Of a stretch of 48,265 nt of DNA, positions 23,520-33,387 are shown piece by piece (positions within the stretch are counted from its first letter, which is position 1; every line of letters begins with the position of its first letter). Where the stretch lies: NCBI GenBank assembly GCA_965644495.1, contig CBFFSA010000060.1:1-48265 (forward strand). The letters run 5' to 3'. Made by a program: the position numbers and the translations under genes. Origin of the DNA: Perkinsela sp. CCAP 1560/9 (lineage: Eukaryota > Protista > Euglenozoa: Kinetoplastea). The notes beneath the pieces are model-generated. The model searched no databases, was not told where the DNA came from, and was given only the letters and a program-made list of their open reading frames with translations.

Positions 23520-26500
23520 TCTTCTTCTCTCTCATTTTAAAAACCATATTCCTTTTCCTGCATATTGGAAGAAAGAAACGGACGCATGTGAGCATGCGTT
23601 GTTGTTCCGTTTATTTCCTGGAGATGCAGAATAAAATGTTGAATCACATCTTCTCTAGGCATTTGGCAACGGTCCGCGAGCGCGTATAGTAGATTGCGTG
23701 TGTTTTTATGAAGTGCCCCTCCGGCGAGCATCGGTATGCATTCGAATTGTCCTGATTCGATCAAACCTGATGCGACATAGGTGTTTTGCTTGCGGGAGAT
23801 CGCGTCACGCATGAGTTGGGGCGCCTTTTTGCCTTGATGCGATGGGGCCGATTCGTGAACCACGGTAAGGTCATACCAAACTGAAAATCATCCCAGAAGG
23901 TCATAGCATTTTTCTCCAGAAGCCCAGTAGATAACAAGGTCTGGACCTGTGCGATGCATGCGTAGTACACTTCTTCATGTGCTCATTTTTAAGATGTTCG
24001 GCGATTGTTTCGGAGCACTTCATACACTTGTAAGATGTGAACTGTCGTGGTTCGCGTTCAGCCGGCAATCCTGCTTTGAGGCACAGTCCATATCTATAGC
24101 GTACGAGGGCATTGTGCTTAGTTGTAGTGTTGATTCCCGGACATTTCGTACATGCAGGGATGTGCCGCAGTGCTGGGCTGAGTCATATGTGACTTGACTT
24201 GGTAAGTTCGGATGTGGTAGATTGAATCGCGGCAGTATGGCGAAAGTGAATTGCTGTGAAGGAACGAATCATGCAGTGTACATCAGCCACTCGTGGTTCC
24301 CCTTTTCGCTTGCGGACAGGATGGCAGACGCCGTCTTTGTGTTCAACATGAGACGTGTACGAATGTTTTCGTGATATAACGCAGTGTTGGCCTTAGAGTC
24401 CGTAATCGAATTCTCGCCGACGGGTTTAGGGGCCGCTAATGAGCACCCCCGAGCTGGAATAAGATTAAAGTGCTCAAGAGAGATGCCTTTAGAGGTCTCG
24501 TATGCCGTTTGACGAAAGGGTTCTGTCGGACTCAGGCCTACGCCACCTTTCTTTAGTGGCAGCCGCATCCATGAAATTTGCTCGGCAGTTAGCTTGCCAA
24601 ACTATGACTGTAATACGCTGTTAACCTTTTCGTCAAAATTTCTGGTCAGGTCAAGGGAGGCTTGTGGGGGGTGCACCCTTATGTGGTAATTTTGCCTTAC
24701 ATTAACGCTTTTCGATAGTAACCGTAGTGAAATTGCGGTGGTTGTATAACTACCGCTCTACCCTCGATTGCGGTGGTTGTAAAACTACCGCTCTACCCTC
24801 GATTGCGGTGGTTGTAAAACTACCGCTCTACACTCGATTATTGCGGTGGTTGTAAAACTACCGCTCTACACTCGATTATTGAAAAAAAAGTGAACAAAAA
24901 CAGTGAAAATATAAAGAGGAACACAGTAATATAATAGAAGAAAAAAATATAAAAGGGGGCTCCGGTGGTCCAAAACTGAAAAAAAATTTTGAAAAAAATG
25001 GGGGGTCCATGGGGGGGGTCCAGGGGGGGGGGTCCAGGGGGGGGGGGGCATGGTCGATCAAATTTTTTCGAAAAAATTAGTTTTCGAAAAAAAACCGCAG
25101 AAAGGGTAGCCGGGGTCTTGGAGCGCATTTTCCACCCCCCTACCCGGGGGTGACCCCCCCGCGTATCCGCAGGACGGGTCCGCCAAGTTCGGATTTTTTC
25201 GGAAAAAAAAATTTTTCGAAAAAAAATTCAACTTGGCGAAAAAAATGACAAAAAAAATATTTTTCCAAAATCGTTTCCCCTATTGTATTTTGATAGTTTG
25301 GGACCTACACTAGCTTTCTACGCAGTTGTTTTCGCAAGGTATCACTTCTTCGAACTGTGGTGCGCCCCTCAAAATGACCCACTTTTGACTAAAAAAGGTG
25401 AAAAAGTATTTTTCGGACCTAAAGGGGCATTTTTGTGTCGAAAGAATGGTATGGTTGGAGTCGTATTCTCTACCCAATACGTTCGGTAGGCTTTCATTCA
25501 TGCCTGCGAGTGATTTCCCACGCGCAAATGTCGGATTTAGTGCTCTGAGAGCAAAAATATGCGAAAATGACCCCATTTGTACCCGAAATTCGGCTATTTT
25601 TGGCTATAATCTTTCCGTTTTCCAGGCTAAATTTTCTTTTTTAGGCTCTTCGTTAAACGCGGCGGTAGTTTTCAACGCGAAGCGCGAAGCATGAGTGACT
25701 TCTAAGTTGAAAGCAACCACCGCGTTTAACGAAGAGCCTAAAAAAGAAAATTGAAAAAAAAGTGAACAAAAACAGTGGAAATATAAAGGGGAACACAGTA
25801 ATATAATAGAAGAAAAAAATATAAAAGCGGGCTCCGGTGGACCAAAACTGAAAAAAAAATTGAAAAAAATGGTGGGTCCATGCGGGGGACTCCAGGGAGG
25901 GTCCAGGGGAGGGTCCAGAGGGGTGGTCCAGGGGGGGGTCCAGGGGGGGGACCAGGGGGGTCATGGTCGAGCAATTTTTTTCGAAAAAATTAGATTTCGA
26001 AAAAATACCGCAGAATGGGTAGCCGGGGTCTTGGCTCGCATTTTCCACCCCCCTACCAGGGGGTGACCCCCCAGCGTATCCGCAGGATGGGTCCGCCAAG
26101 TTCGGATTTTTTCGGAAAAAAAAAATTGAAAAAAAATTCAACTTGGCTAAAAAAATGGTAAAAAAATTATTTTTCCAAAATCGTTTCCCCTATTGTATTG
26201 TGATAGTTTGGGAACTACACTAGCTTTCTACGCAGTTGTTTTCGCAAGGTATCCCTTCTTCGAACTGTGGTGCGCCCCTCAAAATGACCCACTTTTGACT
26301 AAAAAAGGTGAAAAAGTATTTTTCGGACCTAAAGGGGCATTTTTGTGTCGAAAGAATGGTATGGTTGGAGTCGTATTCTCTACCCAATACGTTCGGTAGG
26401 CTTTCATTCATGCCTGCGAGTGATTTCCCACGCGCAAATGTCGGATTTAGTGCTCTGAGAGCAAAAATATGCGAAAATGACCCCATTTTTACCCGAAATT

Positions 26501-27318
26501 CGGCTATTTTTGGTTATAATCTTTCCGTTTTCCAGGCTAAATTTTCTTTTTTAGGCTCTTCGTTGAACGCGGCCGTAGTTTTCAACGCGAAGCCCGCAGC
26601 ATCAGTGACTTCTAAGTTGAAAACAACCACCGCGTTTAACGAAGAGCCTAAAAAAGAATTTTTAACTTAACCCTTAACTTAAGGGAAAGTGGGGAAAGTG
26701 GGGAGTAAGTTAGCTCCCATGGCCTCCAGCCTCCGGAAAATGGTGTCATATTTTTCGAGTTGATGAACTAATTTCGAACTGACGGATTGATTCTCTCCAA
26801 CAAAGGCACCGAGAAATTTGGCGGCTTTAGCTTCTGTTGAAGTGCCTTAACACTCTAGACTACCAGGTATTGCGATGTCATTCTTGCCGGTGAACCAAAC
26901 GCATTTTTGGCATGACAGCTCTATTCTTTTCTCCTGAAGAAGTACCTTAAACCGCTGGAAAGCCGTGCTAATGAGCGCAGGATCTTTAGAAGCAAAATTT
27001 ACGTCATCGATGTATGCGTAGATATATAGTTCGGGAAATTCATGTGCCATCGTTTCCAGCAATGGCTGGAAAAACGTACAGAAGTATAACGTAGATAACG
27101 ATGAACTCTGTCGGACCCCTGCTGTGCTATTAACCATTCCATGGAGGTTGCCACTTGAACCGTAGAATATCAACTCCGAGCTCTCTGAATATTCGGTGTG
27201 AAACAGTCTTTGGAATGGTTTCATCTTGTGGAAGGCAAACATTGCTTTCGCAATGTCGCCGGGTGGGGACGTTAAAGGCATTCTTGACATCCAGAGAAAG
27301 AATTGCATGTCCGTCACA
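23520..27318 (-). mobile_element. CRE-like RLE retrotransposon, family 3, copy A (segments 23520-24732 and ~26708-27318)
   Basis: Motifs ILSLDVKNAFN, GVRQSS, YAYIDD, LPLKKGGVGL and GPDLVIYW...YDLTVVH. Split by Helitron-like copies. Confidence 0.8.
24733..26658 (+). mobile_element. Head-to-tail dimer of the non-autonomous Helitron2-like element (24733-25750 and 25751-26658); the 5' unit is repeated 4 times
   Basis: 5' hairpin GCGGTGGTT-GTAA-AACTACCGC, internal (GGGGGGTCCA)n tract, and 3' 119-bp palindrome containing ACAACCACCGC. Confidence 0.9.
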
Positions 27319-27865
27319 CAACTCTCCCTTTCCCCCTCTTTTCTTCTACTGGTGTAGTTCTCTGTGCCGCGCAGGTGTGCCATCCTAAAAAAGTGGTCCG
27401 AAGAACTGCCCGTCACCGCCCTCATAAACCACGGGCATTGCGTGGCATGCATGCTCGACGCCAATTGGAGAACCCTAGAGGTTCCGCTGAGAGGAGAAAC
27501 ACGACCGTGAGCACACTGAACGTGACGACACTAAAGCTTGAGGGGGAAGACGAGTTTTCCCTTCGAAGATGCACTCGTCTTTGAATTCTCTTTCATGATA
27601 GAAAAGGTGGCCTACATTATGTGCTTACAGGAAACTAGGTATAAATTTTCCAAGGATGTTCACGAGGATAGAATTATTTATAGGAAGGTCGAATATTTGG
27701 GGCATAGGTTTCATGTATACCTTCAGTCTGTCACAGGCGCGGATTCATACAACGGCATGGCTATCGTTAGACGAAGGATACTAGGAAATGTGTGGAAGGT
27801 GAGTGGGAATCATCTTGTTTCGACATCTTGGAGTTATAACTATGCTACGTCAAAGATATACGTCA
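27319..27865 (+). pseudogene. 5' fragment of an APE-endonuclease LINE related to 33388-36629
   Basis: STLNVTTLKLEGEDEFSLRRC...MCLQETRY...YNGM matches TLKLKGEDEFSLRKC...GLQETRF...YNGM of the large LINE. Confidence 0.75.
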
Positions 27866-29635
27866 AGTGATGTCGATCATCTTGGAATACGTGGGGAGAA
27901 ACACATCGCCTGGCCTGGTGAGCCCCCCTCCGGGACCTCGATTGCCAAGACTGTGCTCTCGTTGGGGTGCCAAAGAGGCATGCCCGCAGAAGGAGGAAAA
28001 ATGTTCAACCAGGGAATTGTGCCGGTTTATTATACCTTGTCCGTGTTTGCACACGAGTGCGTGATCCCCTTCAGGACCCAGAGGGAGTTTGCATTCGTCC
28101 GAGGGACATGGACGAGTTTCTCCGTATACATACACCCCCAACCAACATAGACACAAGGTTCGAAACTCCGCGGGTTTGAATGCATAGCCCAGGTCCTTCG
28201 ATGGGGTGACGAACGCCCAACTGCTAGCCCCTTTCCCTGATTGTGATACCCATCTGGTTCGCGTTCGTGTATCAGTGGAACTGTATGCTATGTTAAACTC
28301 CCTTTCCCCTATAGCGCGGATGATATCTTTCTGACGTGGGATGATACTTTCTTCCCATTCTGGCGGGTCAAGGTCAGCGTCTAGGTCAAGGTCAGCGCCC
28401 AACGGCGGGTCAGTATCTAAAAGAGGTTCGGTGTCCGATGGCTCGCGGGCTGTATCGACCTTTGTGGAAGAGTGAATGGATGGCTTTGGGGGAAAAGAGG
28501 GATGTGATCGGTCACGCTTTTGGGTGGTGGGGCAAAGGAAACAACCCGTTTCGGGATCTACGTGAGTGCCTCCGGCTTTTGCGTTCACGTCGTTGACGGC
28601 AGGTGAAAAACCTTCCGCGTCCAGTGGATTCCATCCGTCCTTGCTTGCGAGTACATTTCCGATGAACGCAGACCGAAACCTCCGCGTCTGAAGAGACTCG
28701 GAGGATCTTCAGGCGTTGGATCTGAGCGCGGGCAGGGGCGTTCAGTGGGCAAAGTATTTCCTCAGCTGTGCTCAACAGTGAATTGTCTAGATGTTCGCAA
28801 ACGCGTCGTATGCATTGTGGGGGTGTAGGGCGTAGACCAGTTGACAAAAGCCAGCACATTGTCGTACCAGTGCCATGTCGACCTGCGGGTCCTCAATTAA
28901 ACAGGAAGCAACTAACGTATCTTCTGCTGGTTCGATCGCATTGGTCATGAGGTGTTCGGCGCAGTGTTCGTGGGATCCGATAGGGCTTCCTAGGATGTCG
29001 AAATTTCCTTCTGTGTTTTGCTTGTCTTTTGGTATATCTGGGAAAAGAGATGTTTGGTGTGCAGATGAGGGTTGTGTGATCTCGCATTTCTTGCTATTGA
29101 GGTGTAGTCCCTGACCTGGTCCGAGGTGATCAAGTATGTCGAGAGCTTTTCCTACTTCTTCTTCTTTCCCTATAAAAACTCCACCATATAAATACCATAG
29201 GTTTAGAAGAAGTTCCGTGTACGACTGAATTTGTTTGGCAACCTCCAACATAACTAAGGAAAAGGGAAGAGGACCGAGGGGATCTCCCTGTTGTACCCCT
29301 TCCGCGGACGGTACGAAACGGTGCCCGTAAGTTAAGCTACTGGTTTCGACGTAGCTCCATTCAACCCATCTAGACAATTCCGGGAAGTGCTCTCTGGTGA
29401 GACTGATGCATGCGTCACGGCTAACGTTGTTAAATGCGTTGGGCAAATCAACTTTGCATAACTAAGTTTGCATACTATATCGGAATTTGTTGTGTTAGTG
29501 TCCATTGAAAGCCTACAAAGGTGAATGATACGTTCTGCCCCTGCTCGGGTGGCCACTCCATATTCTTGTGCTTCAAAGTATTTCCCTGCTTTCATTCGCA
29601 CACTACTGCATGCGGCCTTGGAGAGGTGGAGCCTA
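27866..29635 (-). mobile_element. CRE-like RLE retrotransposon, family 2, divergent second copy (RT and RLE), degenerate
   Basis: Motifs NAFNNVSR, GVQQGDPLGP, LWYLYG (decayed YLDD), ILGSPIG, GASSWAFVTPS, HALVC, RHN and TRPGDVFLP. Confidence 0.8.
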
Positions 29636-30031
29636 GAGGTGGAGGTGGCGGGGTGGCAATAATTCAAAGTTTGAATTATTCGCACATGGTGCGAAGACGG
29701 CGAGTTCAAACCCGCTCATTGCAATATTCCCGGCGGCCTCACTCTAAGAGGCTGGGCTGAGAACCGACTAGGCCCAGTACTCGGAGGACCGTCCCGGACC
29801 CTTCCCTCAGGGAAACAGTTCCCTTACCCGGCGTACACCACTTGGGTGTGCCGTGTTGACGTACAGTTCGTCGACGCAGCGTGTTGGCAACAGCACGTTG
29901 GTGCCGCCTTGGACAAGCGTAAACTGGTAGAGGACGTCGGCCTCGGAACTTCCAAATCTGTCTGTGAAGGGTCTGGCTTGCCAGTGACCATCCGGAGCAA
30001 TCCGGAATGATTTGGTTTTTTTTGGATTGGA
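29636..30031 (+). mobile_element. SINE family A, full length, more diverged
   Basis: Same head, body and TTGGA tail as 14342-14720. Confidence 0.85.
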
Positions 30032-30047
30032 AAGGAAAAATGAAAAT

Positions 30048-30131
30048 CAAGGTACAGAAACTGTATCTTGTGTGATGCATGCGTCCCGTAGTACACTTCT
30101 TCATGTGCTCATTTTTAAAACGTTCAGCGAT
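30048..30131 (-). mobile_element. Fragment of CRE-like family 3, probably the 3' remnant of copy B
   Basis: Matches 23950-24007 (IAERFKNEHMKKCTT). Confidence 0.7.
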
Positions 30132-31934
30132 TCTATGATGCGACACATACTCAGTATGGGAAACCCTTCACGTGTGCTCCCAACTGATACGAATGTTCCT
30201 CTGTTCGAAGTATGTACGTATTTCGCACAGATTCAAGTAACAACGGGTATTATCCCAGCAGATGAATACCATTTGGTATCAAGTGAGCATACACGTTATG
30301 TTCAAACAAAAGTCGACTGGATCGAATTTGCCCTCCCCTGCGAACAGAACAAGTTCAAGTGCACTTTGTGCGCTACCGAACAAATGTTCACGTTTAAGGG
30401 GCTCCAAAAGCATTTTTACCGTCATCCGCGGCATGCTGAATCTTGGGCTTTGGGAATGGATCATTCCCATTGCAAAGAGTGCCCCTTCTTCGAGGAGTTG
30501 CAAGGGAAACCCCCCATAAGACGTATCTCTCGAGTGCGAATCACAAAACCGAGAAGGAGGTGTACGACATGTTGATGGACCTTGAGGTGCAAGGTACCAT
30601 GTCTGCAGGCTTTCAGTGCACGAAATGTGCCACAGCACAGGGCGATCAAAACCCTGAACATCGTACTTTCAAGTATGATGACATGCGCAAACATGTTTTC
30701 GAACATGGGCGCGGAGATCACGACATTTGTGAAGCATGCTCCTTTTTCGAGTATGCATGGACAGCGTCCTATCTTGAAAACTCGAGAGCACATTTCGAAT
30801 ATCAGCCACGAACACGAACAGCAACTGTTCGAACTATGGCACGAGCTTCCCATAGCTCACGCAAGCGCAGGGACAGAATCCGGTTACAAGTGTGTTGCGG
30901 ACGCTTGTTCCGGTGAAGTGATGAGCCTCGGCGCTGCAAGAAAGCACGTCGAAAAAAAGCATATGAAAACAAGTGAACAAAGCTGTGAAGCTTGTTCATT
31001 CTTTGATGCGGGGTGTGTGCCCCACAAGAAGAACAATGCTGCGAAGTTCTCTGAGCACAAGCAATGGTACGCATTTTGGACAGAAAACGTCCTTGAAACG
31101 GAAAGCATATACCAGTGCAAACTGCCTGGGTGTTCTGAAACACCTCTTGAAAAAGAGGCTATAACGAAGCATGTAGCACAACATTGCGAAGGAATGCATT
31201 TATGTATTCCTTGCAATTACTTTGCTATCTTGCAAGATTTCCCGCCAGTCATGGTGAATACTAATCACGCGAATTCTCTGAAACATCGGGAAATGGCGTA
31301 TCTACATCCGAAATGGGAGCTTCACGTAAGTTTATCTAATGGATCGTATGTATGCGCACTGCACGCCATACGCAAACTAAGTGTCAAATCTATGATGCGA
31401 CACATACTCAGTATGGGAAACCCTTCACAGGTGCTCCCAACTGATATGAATGTTCCTCTGTGCGAAGTATGTACGTATTTCGCACAGATTCAAGGAACAA
31501 CGGGTATTATCCCGGAAGATGAATATCATTTGGTATCAAGTGAGCATACACGTTATGTTCAAACAAAAGTCGGCTGGATCGAATTTGCCCTCCCCTGCGA
31601 ACAGAACAAGTTCAAGTGCACTTTGTGCGCTACCGAACAAATGTTCACATTTAAGGGGCTTCAAAAGCATTTTTATCGCCATCCGCGGCATGCTGAAGCT
31701 CGGGCTTTTCGACTTCGGATCACACAAGCTGAGCGCAACAGAGCTCATGCAGTATCGCAGGATGATGAGCTGGAACGTGTGAAGCAATGCTCCACGCTAA
31801 CACTCACATCTTTTCAACTGATTGAGAATATTCTCATCAATTGTTTGTGATGAAACCCTCCAAAGCGATGGAGATAAAAGATGCTCTATTCAGAGACATC
31901 ATGATGGACATAACGTCGTTTACGTTAAAGGCAA
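30132..31934 (+). CDS. Tandem Cys/His zinc-finger-like modules, probably the N-terminal part of the Helitron protein; frameshifted
   Basis: Repeated (F/Y)xC-x2-4-C-x12-17-H-x3-4-H followed by CxxC(S/N/T)(F/Y)F. Contains a ~310-bp direct duplication, 30132-30440 versus 31389-31697. Confidence 0.65.
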
Positions 31935-32878
31935 TTTCTTTTTTAGGCTCTTCGTTAAACGCGGTGGTTGCTTTCAACTTAGAAGTCACTCGTGCTGCGC
32001 GCTTCGCGTTGAAAACTACCGCCGCGTTTAACGAAGAGCCTAAAAAAGAAAATTTAGCCGGGAAAACGGAAAGATTATAGCCAAAAATAGCCGAATTTCG
32101 GGTACAAATGGGGTCATTTTCGCATATTTTTGCTCTCAGAGCACTAAATCCGACATTTGCGCGTGGGAAATCACTCGCAGGCATGAATGAAAGCCTACCG
32201 AACGTATTGGGTAGAGAATGCGACTCCAACCATACCATTCTTTCGACACAAAAATGCCCCTTTAGGTCCGAAAAATACTTTTTCACCTTTTTTAGTCAAA
32301 AATGGGTCATTTTGAGGGGCGCACCACAGTTCGAAGAAGTGATACCTTGCGAAAACAACTGCGTAGAAAGCTAGTGTAGGTCCCAAACTATCAAAATACA
32401 ATAGGGGAAACGATTTTGGAAAAATATTTTTTTTGTCATTTTTTTCGCCAAGTTGAAATTTTTTTCAAAAAATTTTTTCCGAAAAATTCCGAACTTGGCG
32501 GACCCGTCCTGCGGATACGCGGGGGGGTCAACCCCGGGTAGGGGGGTGGAAAATGCGCGCCAAGACCCCGGCTACCCTTTCTGCGGTTTTTTTTCGAAAA
32601 CTAATTTTTTCGAAAAAATTTGCTCGACCATGCCCCCCCCCCCCTGGACCCCCCCCCTGGACCCCCCCCCTGGACCCCCCCCATGGACCCCCCCCATGGA
32701 CCCCCCCCATGGACCCCCCATTTTTTTCAAAAAAAATTTTCAGTTTTGGACCACCGGAGCCCCCTTTTATATTTTTTTCTTCTATTATATTACTGTGTTC
32801 CTCTTTATATTTTCACTGTTTTTGTTCACTTTTTTATCAATAATCGAGTGTAGAGCGGTAGTTTTACAACCACCGCAA
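31935..32878 (-). mobile_element. Complete non-autonomous Helitron2-like element nested in the large element
   Basis: Both termini are present; inserted in ggcAA^TTaac. Confidence 0.9.
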
Positions 32879-33387
32879 TTAACACCATTAATTAAAGGCA
32901 ATTAACACCATTAACACACGACGATTTCCTGTGAAAGTATGTCCATTCAATGAATGTGACAAGTTCACTTCAAGGAACCGTGTGGGTTAACACATATTTA
33001 CATACTTGGAAACAGATGAATCATCGGGGCCCATATGGGTCCTTGTTTCCTTGAAAAAGAAGGGTGAAAAGAACGTTTATACGTTTATTACAAGTCCCTC
33101 TCTTGAAAATGAAATTGTTTCAATTTTGAATCGAGCAACTGTCACGAATGTGACGAATGCTAGCACTATTGACAGTGCAGCATATGCTATCATACAGATG
33201 TGTGAAAATACCATATTTCACGCAAGCGAAATATGCAAAGAATCTTCAGCCAATGAACTTCGGTACTGGCTTGAACGATGTTGCATCGCGAAATGTATTG
33301 TCAATTTTGACACATACGAAGTCAATGGAGATGGCTCACGTCGAACACGTTTTGACATTGAGCGCAATCCAAAAGACGCACTAAAAT

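Noticed and set aside
24733-24875. 35-bp palindromic repeats resembling CRISPR direct repeats
   Set aside because: There are no spacers, and the unit is the terminus of a dispersed element.
25283-25694. Recurrent short ORFs (MKKYFSDLKGHF..., MGSFSHIFALRA...) in each ~1-kb repeat
   Set aside because: They occur on both strands in overlapping frames with no recognisable domain; they recur only because the DNA repeat recurs.
25632-25750. Parvovirus-like flip/flop terminal hairpin
   Set aside because: The loop has the same orientation relative to the body in every copy inspected, and there is no capsid or SF3 helicase gene.
26666-26690. piggyBac end or telomere seed (TTAACCCTT...AAGGG)
   Set aside because: Only ~20 bp, with no second TTAA, no transposase and no tandem telomeric repeats.
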